This document shows positions 1 to 12,783 of a DNA stretch of 64,000 nucleotides, in pieces. The translations under genes and the position numbers were made by a program. The first letter of the stretch is position 1. Each line of letters begins with the position of its first letter. Source of the DNA: Phoronis australis. Taxonomy: Eukaryota > Animalia > Phoronida. Under the pieces are notes generated by a model. That model ran no database searches. It saw only the letters and a program-made list of their open reading frames with translations, and had not been told where the DNA came from. Where the stretch lies: positions 1,271,588-1,335,587 of the forward strand of contig NMRA01000030.1 in NCBI GenBank assembly GCA_002633005.1. The letters run 5' to 3'.

Positions 1-1875
1 TTAACATGACAGCTCCTTACGAGACTATTTTGATCCGCCACTATGTCTGTCATACGACCCATCTTCCAGTCACACCGGGGAAGGCCTTCCTCCTTGATGA
101 GTACAACATCATTTACTTTCACATTACGACTTGGAATTTGCCATTTTAGACGACATTGCAATGTAGCCAAATACTCTTTTCTCCATCTTGTCCAAAAGAG
201 ATTCGCCAAGTATTGGGCACGCCTCCAACGCTTATGTGAATAAACGTCTTCTCGATGAAACTTTCCAGGTGGAGGCAGCAAGATCCATTTCTTAAAAGTA
301 AGAATGTTGCTCGGTGATAACGGATCCAAATCGTTGGGGTCACTAGATACAGTTGAAAGGGGTCTCGAATTCACTATGGCCTCCGCCTCACACAATACTG
401 TGTGCAGAATGTTATATCTAAGCGATCACATTCGCGTAATGTGGATGATAACACTTTCCAAACAGTGCGAATTTGACGTTCCCAAAGACCACCGAAGTTA
501 CTAGCAGTTGGCGGGTTGAACGACCTGTCAATATTTTCTGTCAACATGTACCTCTGACACGTTCCTGGTCCATTTCGTCTATGGCTGCTCGTAACTCACA
601 ATCGGCTCCCACGATGTTGGTACCGTTGTCACTGAAGATGGTACTAACTGGCCCTCGTCTAGCCAAAAATCGGCGCAGAGCATTAATGGCTGTTAAGGCT
701 GTAAACCACTTCTAAATGTATGGCCCGGCTAGAGAAACAAGTAAATATGACACCGTAACGCCTATACACCTTTGTACCTCCTTTAACTTGGAACAGACCG
801 AAAAAGTCTGTGCCTGTGTATGTAAAAGGTGCTTCTGGAATAGTGCGTTTAACAGGCAAATTAGCTATCTTTTGCTCACATGCTTGACCACGTAAACGAC
901 GGCAAGTCACACATCTGTTAATAACTCTACGAAGAGCAGCGTTGGCGGCAACAATCCAGAACTTCTCTCGTAAGGTTGAAAAAAACATGATTCCTACCAG
1001 CGTGAGCCAGGTGCACGTGATAATGGCGATCAACAAGCGTTGTAACGTGGCTCTGTCTAGGCAATAGGATGGGATGCTTCATACTATCCTTCAGCAAAGC
1101 TTTACCGAGACGACCGCCAACACGTAACAAACCTCTGTCCAAGAAAGGGTACGCTTTAATCAGCGGTGAACTTTTCTTGCCTCCACCGTTACCCGAGATC
1201 CTTTCAAAATCATCTTTGAAGTATTGTCTCTGAGTAAATTTCAACACACTGGCTCCCGCTTCATCCACCTTCTCAACCGTAAGTGGCGCTGACAACCAAC
1301 TCTGGTCACTGGAATGTCCATTTCGTTTTCGTTGTACCAACCATTTCTGAAATCGACTGGAAACAGCTCAGCTTTCTTTAACGGCAACCATTTAGAATAA
1401 TAATCAATCAATTGTTGCAAACCGCTAAGACTTTCATTAGAATTTGTCACATTCACAAAAGTCTCAGAACCGGCAGCTTCATCACTAGGTACTGGAAACG
1501 CGCTTGGCTGAGGATAATAACAGTCCCCAGACAACAAGATATTGGGACCATTAAACCAACTATCGTGACAGAGAAACTTCTCAGCATCTAAACCGCGTGA
1601 CGCACAATCAGCTGGGTTAAATTCAGAACGCACATACCTCCATTGCGAAGGGTTGCTGAAGTCTAGTATTTGCTGTACCCTGTTGGCGACGAAAACAGGG
1701 AACCTATTACTGCGACTGTGCACATAATACAGAACCGTCATAGAATCTGTGTGGAAGACCGATGTCGCCGAGTCCAGGTCGAGTTCGATGCACAGTATGC
1801 TCTCTATCTGTACTGACACTGTAGCGGCTACGAGTTCCAGATTGGGAATCGTCATTCGTCAGAGAGGCGCAACCC
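1..1875 (-). pseudogene. BEL/Pao pol remnant: RNase H, integrase and C-terminal region; protease and RT absent
   Basis: ORFs 1241-1855, 927-1340 and 683-1036 and downstream fragments. No YVDD RT motif lies between the Gag knuckle and RVAPL. Confidence 0.88.
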
Positions 1876-2049
1876 TGGTATTATCTCGTGTGGGTGGTGC
1901 AGACACCTTGCGTTGCTGTCCCGAGACAACTGGTAACGATGACGTCAGAGCATCAGAATCAAGGTCAGGGGTCGTTGGCAAATGTTTACCATGCTCAAAA
2001 CTGTTTGTATCGTTCGTCGTTGATCTCTCTAAGTGAAGTTTAGTAGGAT

Positions 2050-2860
2050 GTCTTTTAAAGCATTTGTCATCCATAGACAACGGTCTAAACGAATCACAAT
2101 CATTTAAGTCGTGGTCCAGTAAACAATAATGATACACTGGTGACTTTCTTTCACGTGATGGCGTCGTTTCCGTGGTGGCGGCAAAACCGGTCTTTGAATA
2201 AGTCGGCTTGGGTGGTCTTGCCGCAGCTTTATTCCCAAAAATATGGTCGTTGGCAGTCACCACAGCCTTCTGAATGAAGCTAAAAAGTCTGGCAAACGTG
2301 AAAGTTTTGCGTCGTTCGTCGCTGTCCACAAAGTCGCGCCATTTGTGTTGCAGATATAACAGAAGTTTGAGAACAATTGCTTGAAAAGATTAGGTATGTG
2401 ATTCAATACCGTCAAGAATTCAAGCTTCGACATGGCGTGCTCACACTGTTTCAGAAAAACAGAAAATCGCTTCATGCCACTGCAATCTTCAGGTTTAATT
2501 GTAGGCCATGAGTGGAGTTTGTTTAAAAACGACGAAGCAACCTTCTACGGGTCACCGTATCCATGTTTCAAAGTTCGCCGTGCTTCCTTGTACCCATCTT
2601 CCGGATTCATGAACGGACATCCGGCTACGAGCTCCTTTGCTTCGCCTGTTAAGTAAGAGTCCAAGTAGTATAAACGCTCTGTGTTAGTTGAGTTCAGTGG
2701 TACTATCTGCGAATCGAAAGCCATCTCGAATGTCAAAAAAGTCTTGATTTCTCCTGAAAACGTCATGAGATTCGGTGGCGGCAGACGTAACGTTGATAAA
2801 ATACTGGTTAATGCTTTATCGGAATTTTCAGGTTTAGAAATAAGAAACGTAGGTGGCATA
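2050..2860 (-). pseudogene. BEL/Pao gag remnant (DUF1759-like region plus zinc-knuckle remnant)
   Basis: ORFs 2545-2859, 2257-2475 and 1859-2329 carry consecutive Gag motifs in shifting frames. Confidence 0.85.
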
Positions 2861-4607
2861 ACGTGGGCACCTGGGACGCTCTGCTGGGTTAACTAAATGC
2901 TTTTGATTTGACGCATGAGTCGTTGGTACTTGACGCAGCTTTCAGCGCTGCCTCCTCGGCGTTTGCTTTGGCGATTCGAACATTCAGGGCACTCAACAAA
3001 TGGTGACGTTTAACTTCGATTTCGGTCTTTTTAGCTCGGCCTCCAATTCTAACGACTCCTCCAATGCAGCCTTTTTGAGCTGCCAAACCGACGGTTGTCA
3101 TGGTGGCTTTCAACCCGAGGGCCGGCGTTCGAACTTGTCGAGGATTTCTTAGACGACGATGACGAACGCCTAGAAGTCCTCGCGAAGAAGCTTTAATAGC
3201 GGAGTTGCAACGCCGCCATATTGGAAATGGGTCAGAATGTTGCATTGTGGTTAAGCCGGTAAACAAGTACGTCGGCAAGCGTGGGGGCGAACCGGCCACA
3301 GGGAGGTTATACGTGTTGTGTGCCTGGCATGCTATAATACCAGTTAGCGAAATAAAAAATTTAGTTACTACCTGTTTCCCAAGGATCAAGAACTGCGTTA
3401 AACATGGGTCAGAGACATCGGTAGAGCTGGTAGCAAAGGCCGACTTCGTGAATTCTTTCCGACTTCGTAGCATAAAGTGTGCAGCGCTCATTTTGAGGGC
3501 GGCAAGAAAACGTATCTTAGAAACTGCCCAACAATATCTCCCTTCAAAGAAACAGTAACAAATACTCCACGGCGGTTGGTAGTGAAAAAAAAACTTGTTT
3601 TCGCTTGACCAGAACCAAGCCAACATGAGCAATTTTGAGGATAATGCCTCTGCACAATCACCTGTTCTGGGTCGACTCACTTAACGTATGCACACTATAT
3701 GCATTACGCGCTAAGATAAAGCGTGCAGATTATTATTATTTACTTTCTACAAAATTGTGGTACATTGCTATCAAAATTCGTTGTTAAATTACGATCATTT
3801 TTCATAAAATTTTGTTGAAGTTCCAGGGCGAAATCTTGCCGACAAATGCGTAGCTGCTGGTCTCGCAATCGTCGATAGGGCTTGAATTCTTAAATAAGAA
3901 TACAGCTTTGACTCAACAAATTACCTGAAATCCTCCTCAAGTTTTCCAAATAGCGTCTCTAAGATTTTTAAGTTCTTGTGAAGTCTGGATTAACTGCAGA
4001 TTAAGTCCAAATCTACGCTAGATTGTAGCACGCAACCCGAGAAAAATCTCTGTGGGAACACATGTTGTTGTCACGTGACGTTTGTTTTGAAGTTTGTATG
4101 CGTGTGTGTGAGAGTAAGCGTGCGTGTGCTTGTCAGAGTTCATTTGCCAGAGTAATGTAATGATCTAGGTGTGCATTGTATCCAAAAAAAAAATAAGTCA
4201 AGCAGTCAAGCAGAGCGTGTTTTAATATTTACGGCTTAGCACTTGCTGGCCTCATCTGCTAAAAACGTTCGAGAATTTTTTCGGTAAGACCGACATGTCA
4301 CTCATTGAGTCGCCGGGTGAGTGGATGCGTGACCGTAGTGTAACAGCTATTTCCCGGAAGATTTGGAGTGTAAGGGTGCGAAGTGGGTCATTTTGACCTT
4401 AAAAACACCAATTATGATTAGTTAAATAATTTCTCTTAAAAATAATGCAGAAGCATTTTACGGTATTGGAAACTTTCGGAAATTAGTGCCAATATTTATT
4501 TGCCGATGCTATGTTATCCGATTAATCTTCGATGACAGTCGGTACATTATGCAGCGCGCACTTCTTGGTCGCGTGCTAACACTGGTCGAGTTTTTTTTAT
4601 TAGTCTT

Positions 4608-4816
4608 TGATTCACGGTTTTCACATGCACAAAGAAGTTTGAGGCCGGAGAAGATCTGTACTTGAAAGAAACAATGCAATCCCGTTCTTCGACAAGTACG
4701 CTGTGTCTGTTTTCAAAGTCCAGACCCGCGTAGTGGGGCACATCCCTCGCAAGAGCAGCAAAACTTCTGCGTTCTTTTTGAATCGCGGCGTAAGTTTGAA
4801 GTGTATACGGACATAA
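4608..4816 (+). pseudogene. HIRAN-like domain remnant, probably transposon cargo
   Basis: Manual translation with frameshifts: IHGFHMHKEV*..., then PFFDKYAVSVFKVQTRVVGHIPRKSSKTSAFFLNRGVSLKC. This fits the invertebrate HIRAN-like pattern G(Y/F)HxYK...D.YAV.V...VGH(V/I)PR...FL..G. Confidence 0.65.
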
Positions 4817-6653
4817 CGGTGAGGCTCGTGGTCCGTTACAAATTCAGGCTGTCAGATCTTTCAATTGATAAATTGGAGACGTTAGAATTGTAGGTAAGGA
4901 CATTTTTCGCATGTAGTTCATGGGCTGGGCGCTTACTTTAGCAAAGTCTGAAAACGCGTTGGGGCACTTGTTGAGCCATGGGCGCTAATTAGGGCGAATA
5001 GCGGCAGAATTACATACAGCAGCGTAGTTTAATGCACACAAATTACACGTCGTGCAAACCAGTCGGTCATGCCGTTTACCATCAACAATCCCAGTAGCCT
5101 TTGCGCACCCTAATTTCCGGACATGCGCAATCGTTAAATCGATTCGGTTGCAACTCCGCTATTGAAACTTCGGATACTGAGTGAAGGTTTTGTTGAAGCG
5201 AATGTTTAGTTTCCATTACCCACTGGTGTACAGTATCACAAAAATTCATGAAACACTTGAATCTGATCATGGTACTTCTGACTCACTGTCTTACGCTGTA
5301 TCTCAGTTGTGATCAAATCTGTATGACTCTGATAAGCGTCCGCAAAACCTGGCATTGTCACCAAATGTAACCAGTTCATTTTTGACGAGATGCAAGTGCT
5401 CAGTACTTTCCATTAACTTTTTCCTTTTTTTCATCTGCCTTGTTGCCACAGCTGTAGTCCATGACTGTGGCATCTACAAGTCATTTCGCCTAACGGTGTC
5501 AGCTGCTTCATCATGATGAACTATTGATTTGGTCACTCCACGAACACCAAGCCTGACAATTCAGTTGACCTGGGTAACAATAGATTTTCTTCCCGGCGAC
5601 CATTCGTTGCGCTCCGGTGTTCAACTGTTCACCATAGTATTACATGAGTTACGTAACACAGGCATGATTTTACTATGTTCTGGCGCAGTGTCAGCTAGCG
5701 ATCGAGAGAAACACAGGTTATTCTATGTACAGCCTATTCTTTTATTCGAGTGCCGTCAGTACATAGATAAACCCGTAAACTGAAATAAACAAAACCCCCA
5801 AGTCACTACTACGAAATACAATACGAACACAGATAGCGACAATATATACAAAAACCCTTATTTACATCAACGAAGAAAATAAACAAGTAACGAAATGGCA
5901 ACATCAGATAAACTGATCTTTTATATTATATGAAAATACTAGATACAAAACGAACATAATTCATACACAACTGTACCGTGAGACCGTGACCAAACTAGAT
6001 ATCAAGTCACCCTAAACAATTACAATAATATGAGCTAGAAAAAGACTGGTGTGTGAATTGCAATCTCAAAGTCATAGAGAACAACACCCGAACCCCCGAC
6101 ATGTACCACAAAGGAAGAAATACGGCGAAATAAATAAAGCGAAAAATACTGAAACTACGGACACGAGAGAATGCATTGCACAAACCAGAAATGTAACGAT
6201 AAGCAAAAAGAACAATACTTACATCATGAAAACCCTGCAATCTCAACGACGAAACCAATGACATGCCTAAACTGCACACAGATAAGAAATTTGAAATACG
6301 AATGAATGGAACTGGCGGGTAAAACGCTTTCAGTGCCACGTGACAAGTCCATAATCTGGGGGGGGGATACTTGAAAATGAGTACAACAGAAAACAATACT
6401 AAATATACATAGGCAATATGAATGATTGCGTCTGCAGAAACAGTGTTTTTGGGACTGTGATTATATTGTGTTGTTGGGACTGTGAAACAAGTTTAATTAA
6501 TACGAATAAACTGAGACGAGTAACTTTCTTTTTTAATTTCAAAATTTTCTTTTGTTCGCTATGACCCTCTGTGAAATGTGATGTCGCACGCTATTAGTGA
6601 ACGCCAAATAACCAAACTCAACTCAAAGTAAATACACAAAACGTACCGAGGGT

Positions 6654-6741
6654 GGCGTAGATGAAGTAAAATCCCACGAGACTTTATTCCGCGTATCGAT
6701 ACGCGGAATAATGTCGAGTGGGATATTACTTCATGTACGCC
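6654..6741. repeat. 88-bp near-perfect palindrome with no spacer
   Basis: Perfect 28-bp core TTATTCCGCGTATCGATACGCGGAATAA (6684-6711). Arms extend to GGCGTAGATGAAGTAA...TTACTTCATGTACGCC with few mismatches. Confidence 0.95.
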
Positions 6742-7736
6742 AATCGAGGTGGGTCTTATATTTATCCCATGCGCTTCGTATTCCTAAGTTTCTTTCAGTT
6801 TTTCGGCAGATTTTTTTAATACTTAACTCAGACTGTTCACGTGGCAGATCACAGCCGATATCTATGTACTTGCGCGTTAGGTTGCAAGTTTTCTCTAGTA
6901 AAAGTTAAATGTTACGATTTATCACTTGAAAAGAGATAACAAAGATGAAAACAAGGGTAACTTTTCATTGCACTTGTAACATCTTCTGAAAATAGTTAAA
7001 TAACAACAATATTTGATATTGTAGTTTCCGATTAATCGGCGCCTGAGCTTCAGACGATATAATATTTAGCAATTGAAAACTGAAACAGAACTGTTATATA
7101 TTTAACAGTTCTCTTCCAGATGTTACGATTGGGACCTGATTGCATGTTGAGTGATATTTACACTGCTGCAAATGTATTACTTTAAACTATGTTCTGAAAG
7201 TTTTATGATCGAACCGGCTAACGACGTCGAGTCGATATATTGACCTACCTTTTAAACTCTCCAGGTCACTGTTGAAGTAGTGCGGGAGGTGAATACGAGA
7301 AACATTATTACTTGGCCGTATAGCACTCGACTGATTCAACGCGTATGCCATAAACATTGTTTCTAATTAAATGATGTTGATTGATTTAAAAATCACTATT
7401 CAAATCAAGCTCATTCGATATGTCCATTTCCGTGTGCATTAAGTACTACATATAGTAATATCAGTTTTTGCAACGTATTTGGCGCGTCAACCGCATTTTG
7501 GAATAAATTGAAACCAAACTGCGATACTATGTGGATAGGTTCGTGGCAATCGTCTCCGTCGCATCTTCCATTCATTGCATTCAAAATACGCCTAAATAGT
7601 CAAGTTTACAGATGTCGAACTAAGAACTAGTTCTCTATCAGTCACTGATTATTTACAACGACAGTCTCAATGTGTTACATGATCTCTATTTGCAATGGCT
7701 AGAGCTTACAAAAGTTTCATAGTGCGTAGATTTGAC

Positions 7737-10700
7737 TACAGTGGCCCAAAGATGACATCGCGAGTTTCTTTTTAACTATCTTAGAATCCCGAGATCCCGA
7801 CTTAATTATCTCAGGCTCTTGAGATAATTTTCTCAGTATGTCGCTGTACGTTAGCAGTCTTCTGACTCTTCGCATTGTCACACCATCTGGATCGATAGAA
7901 GAAAAAATGATGCACAAAGTTTGACGTTTCACCATCATGCCATTAGTGACACATTTATGGTGCATGAATCTATAACCATATTGCATCGATATTTGTCGAT
8001 CTATCATCACATCGACGCGAAGGCCCAGTCTCAACAACCAATTCCGAAGTTGCGCAACGCGAATAATGATACCTGAGCATGTCTACAGTTTCTTAGTTGC
8101 GACAGCCCTAAGTTGAAAAGATCTCTAACAGCTTCATCTCTATCCAAATTGAAATATAACAGAAAACAAATTCTATCACGCGAGACCGATTTTATAACAG
8201 TGAGAGACCTAATTCTATTTTTGTTTTTCAGCCAGCAACACTAGTAGTAGGCTACTGCAGTTTTAAGTGGAAAGAATATTTTTGAAATCATCCTATAAAC
8301 ATCAGACATTCAAATCTGTTGTGGTAAATCTAAGTTTTGTACTTTCCCCAGATCGTGCTAGCTGGACTGTTGACTGATGGAAGTTCTAAGCATAAGCGTT
8401 GTCACTGATATCTTTTTGCTATGATGCGTCCTGATACATGTAGCTCTACAGTACTGTGTGGATCAAGATTGTAAATGGCCTTAATTACTTGTCCTGATGA
8501 TAATGTACGAGACATCAAAACCTGTTGAAGTTGAAAAATCTCGTTGTTTTTATAAATATTGACGCTTACTTTTCTCCATTGAGACCATTTAGCGTTATAT
8601 ACCAGACAGGATCGAATGTGCTTTCGCAAGCATTGAAGTTGAGTCGTCTACCTTATTATGTATTAACGTAGAAATTTTTCAAGGGCCACTGCCATTTCAA
8701 TAATTTGATCATGGTCACCAATGCTTGAGTTCGGTTACCAACAATTTTGGTATGGTATTTTAGGTATTTCTTCTACAGTTTGTGCATTTCCAATCAAGAA
8801 ATAAAGGCATGCATTATAAAATATTTTTGTGCGTGACGTCATCAGTGGATTCGATCTCCGTCGTTTGTGTCGTTCTACACCACAGGATCTGTCACAGAAG
8901 TGGAGATTTGATGAAGGTTTCTCTAACATGTAGGTGCATTTCATGGAAAAAATACATTGTATGTCTTTGCTGAGAACGTAGTTGTCGGCACATGTTGAGT
9001 ATGAGCCTCAGTATCAAATTGTGACTGAGATAACCAATACGATATGCAGCAAGTTTCCATCAGTCTATTCTGGTTCAAGATTTTGTGGGAATGCATGCTA
9101 TCCACATGTATGTCAATGCCCAATATCAAAAAAACGAAAAGTAGATGCCACTCAAATAGTTTGAGGTCACGGCCACAGCCGGCATAGACGCTGGAGTCGG
9201 AAACCGGACACAAATAATCGACGGATCACAAGGGTACAAACTTTTTATAATTTTGGAACAGACAAGATACAGACGAGTATCATTTACCAGAAATAAAATC
9301 CAGTTTGCATCACCATAATTATATATGATCGTTCCTGACCAACACACCCGGCATTCAAAGAAATAAAATCAGTGTCCTTTATTCGCGTCTGGGCTTTGAC
9401 AGTCAGGATAAAAAGGTTGGTTAGAGTTACATTACCAGACACTTGTGTGTTACACGGGAAAATACCGTTCGGCTGTGTTTGCGAGGTGGTTCGTTGGAAC
9501 AGAACAAGAGATGAGTCTTGAGGAGTATATTGAAGACTGCAAACGTTACATTAGTAGGAACAACTCTCAATGCGGAGAAACAACTACTAATCAACTCATG
9601 AAAACTACTACTGATACTACTGCATAACATACAAGTGGAAGTGATATGTATAGAGAACAAAGAAATACGCATTAACCAATCAAATAAGATGAACAACTAA
9701 AGGATCCACTATGCTGACAAGTAAACAGTTCTAGGAATAGGAAGTATTACTCATCTTCTGCATGCGGAGAAAGTGGTAGTAAGCAACAACAGTAAGGAAT
9801 GTAATACTTTGACTAAACTGAATGAAGTAAAAACACAATAACACATTCTGCAACAACACTAAAGTGGTAACAAAATTAAATTGTGACTCAGTGAAAAGCT
9901 TTAATTGGCACTCTGAAATCATGCTGGACTGTCCGAAGACTGAGTAGGCTCCAACTCTGCTTCACTCGCCAAAGACGCTGATGCAGGAGGGTCGAGTTCG
10001 CCCGGCCTCAAACACGCAGTCTGCCGATGTAGCGAGATCTAACCCATTACCTGCTTTACATGTACTTATGGTCTGAGTGTTTTCTTCACTCCCATCTCCT
10101 CACCTGTCGTCCAGCTCGCTCCCAAAGTCTTAGTAACATATATAGACTGTCCACTGATCAACGTCTTCCACTGATGACATCATGTAGTAGGATACCAAAA
10201 ATCCTGATTTTTTCTTTAAAGTTCAAAATTCCTCAATTATTTTCCAAAATAAGTGCTTCTTCAGTTAGATACTGTGTTATAAAATTATTATACACGGTCC
10301 AAAACCTCTAAAAGAGCAGAAATTCATTGTAGGAACGCTTTAATGCAACAGGTACTGATTTATTTTTGAGCAAGGATGCCGCTGAAAAATTATTTTACAT
10401 TTGGAACATTTATTCTCTTGTACAAAATGCCTGCAGCCCATATTATACGCAGTTATACAATGTAGAAAGTTACGTGATCTACAACGTCTCTTCTTTTACC
10501 AGCTGTCAAAAGTCACATACGTGGACGTAGTAATTTTTAAACTATTCAAATTCTGAGGGCCCCTCGTGGGTTTCTGAGTTATTATCCTTGTCCAACTGAG
10601 GCCGATCGGCCCAAACCTCTAGAACTGATTTTTTTCTGTTGTGCCGTTCTTGTAGGCCCTCTTGTCCACGCCCTCTCGACGTTCGTAACTATGCATTTGA

Positions 10701-10879
10701 TTTCGTTTACCATGTCTTTTTATTCAAACTGCATCGAGTATTAATTGTGAAAGCCACGAATTTCGAGATCCTGAGATAAATAAGTTACGATTTCGAGAAC
10801 ATGCGATAATTAAGTCGGGATCTAGAGATCGTGAGATAATTAAAAAAGAAACGCACCATGTCATGTTTGGGCAACCGTA
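7737..10879 (-). mobile_element. IS3EU-type DNA transposon, internally deleted
   Basis: About 90-bp imperfect TIRs (TACAGTGGCCCAAAGATGACATC.. / ..ATGTCATGTTTGGGCAACCGTA), TAY..RTA termini, and an exact 6-bp TSD TTTGAC at 7731-7736 and 10880-10885. A transposase remnant lies inside. Confidence 0.9.
7860..8147 (-). pseudogene. IS3EU transposase N-terminal remnant (catalytic core deleted)
   Basis: LDRDEAVRDLFNLGLSQ /frameshift/ GIIIRVAQLRNWLLRLGLR...YGYRFMHHKCVTNGMMVKRQTLCIIFSSIDPDGVTMRRVRRL. It runs into the subterminal/TIR region just where the DDE core should begin. Confidence 0.8.
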
Positions 10880-12145
10880 TTTGACAACAACGCGCATGTT
10901 TTCGCTCCGGCTACTGGCCCGAAATTTGCTCTAAGTTTCAGTGACGTGAAAGCAGGATGCTGTGAAAATGTTTAATCGTTCTAGTAAGATGGATAATATT
11001 GGTAAAAATGTATTCCTTGGAAACGGGTTTCCCACTAGTTTAAAGAAGTGGCAAAGAGCTTTAATATGTCTCAAAATTACCGATTGACTATTTGAATATG
11101 ACTTGAAGTGAAGTTGTGGTGAATGGTCACAGTAGAGGAAAAATGTCCTTCAATGCATAGGTCTGTTCAATTCCTTGAAATTCCGTTAGAAAAGAAGCAA
11201 GTTCGATTTGGCGCCAAAATATTTCTCAAGCTGTACTTGTATATACTTGACGTCATACTGAGAATGACTAATATTGTATCGAATGAGCGTGATTCAAATG
11301 TTTTAAAAATAAGAAGGTAAATAAAACAGCAAGAATGGATCAACTGAAATTTTCGGATATAATAACGTCCTTCGTCAGCAGAAACAGAAATAAAGTAAAA
11401 TCAAACACTATATGTGGCGTAATGAATATGATACATTGTTGCAGAAATAATGAAATGATATGATTTAAGAAGTTTTTATGTTTAATCCATGAGATTCTAG
11501 TGCATTGAGCTTGTCTATCCAAAATTGTTCTCTTTTGAGTCTATGAGGGGTACTGGGGTGTTGGAGTTTTTTATTATTTGTACAGAAAGATCTTGAAGAT
11601 TGTTATATCCAAAAATTTCAATTCATCCATTCTTGTTGTTTTTTTAGCTATATGTATTCTACATTTCGTGAAACAATAGTATACTTAAGAGGATCTGGGT
11701 CGCCTTATTTAGTTTCAGATATATTTTTCTTCGTTAAAAATAAGGAAATGCCGCAAAAGAACAATTGCTTTACGATTTTTGGCAAACTGTGTCGAACCCA
11801 CGTCAGCTTTCTGTTTGTTTAAATTACATGTACTTCAGGAACTAACTTTTCGTTAGGTAAAGTTCTCCATTCTCTCCTTTCGGCAATAAACACTTGTTTC
11901 CGTTTTACATTCCGTGATTTTATGGAACGCAGGGTTGACACTTCACTGAAACTGCAGATATTACAGCATAACATAAAGTGAAAACAAATACGTGGTCCTC
12001 TTGGACCATGGACCTCTAGCCCTGGAATTGAACCCCCGCACGTGACCAGTGTGTTTTGTTATTGCAGCTTAAGAACCCGAAGCTTACCGCGAGAGTTTGC
12101 ACTGAGATTTTCCGGCCGCCTGCACGACGGAGTTGTGACCCGGAG

Positions 12146-12210
12146 CATGGGCGGCACATCATAGGGGGTGGGGGACTATAGCCCCACTTTTTAGTGCTGC
12201 GCCGCCCATG
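12146..12210. mobile_element. 65-bp MITE, CATGGGCGG..CCGCCCATG, with a 5-bp TSD
   Basis: TIR CATGGGCGGC/GCCGCCCATG; flanks CGGAG/CAGAG; absent from copy B of the host repeat. Confidence 0.75.
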
Positions 12211-12383
12211 CAGAGTTGTAGTTATAAAATCAAGCCGCCCGCGTATGTGTGCGTGTGCTAGCGTTCGTGTGTTTGTGTGCGCATGCTTGCATGCGTGTGC
12301 ATGTGTATTATTACAGTTTTCATTTGCATTTCTATATCATTTGTGCAATGTTTACCTGTTGAACAGATGCCGTTTTTGATAAT

Positions 12384-12783
12384 AGGGCCGTTCCAGATTC
12401 CACAGCGACACTCGAATTTCGCTGTATTTACTAACAATGCCATAAACAGCCGTCAGGCCCATTTACTGCCTCGTTTTCTTGCCACTTGAGTTTCAAATGT
12501 TATTCGTTATTGTCTGATTCTTTACAAGCTATTCTTGGTTGCATTACTATATTCGTCCTTCCAATGGCGACAGAGTATTACTGTTGTGCTGTGGGCTGCA
12601 ACTCCGACGTGAAAAAGTTTTATAAACTGGACAAATACCCGTGGATGCATTACCTGAAATACTTAGCCTTCCCGACTTCATTGAGATTCACGAACACGTG
12701 TCGGATTTCCAAAACGAGGTCACGCGCGTTCTTATCTCCGAGACAAAGGGGAGTTCTATCGTCGTGTAATCCGGGATGCCCCT
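12384..12783 (+). mobile_element. 400-bp non-autonomous ISL2EU/Harbinger-like element with a truncated THAP start
   Basis: Imperfect TIRs AGGGCCGTTCCAGATTCCAC../..GTGTAATCCGGGATGCCCCT. The AT duplication is confirmed against the empty site in copy B (TTTGTTAAT^TCG). From 12564 it reads MATEYYCCAVGCNS..KYLAFP (THAP C-x4-C..FP). Confidence 0.78.

Larger units (their letters stand above)
1..3300 (-). mobile_element. Decayed BEL/Pao LTR retrotransposon (internal region); runs off the left window edge, 5' boundary approximate
   Basis: Minus-strand fragments in BEL order: Gag (RLPPPNLMTFSGE..ERLYYLDSYLTGEAKELVAGC, knuckle remnants YCLLDHDLNDC/HPTKLH), RNase H (RVAPL*RMTIPNLELVAA, FVANRV, WRYVRSEFNPADCASRG), integrase (RVGGRL, CVTCRRL, TGTDFFG, RYGVIFTCFSSRAIHLEVV). 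Many stops and frameshifts. Confidence 0.93.

Noticed and set aside
2889-3680. 263-aa minus-strand ORF as a host gene
   Set aside because: Its 3' part is BEL Gag coiled-coil sequence and the rest has no recognisable domain.
11000-12000. Paralog of the host gene next to repeat copy A
   Set aside because: No similarity to exon 3 or 4 at the equivalent positions; only intronic-type sequence is shared.
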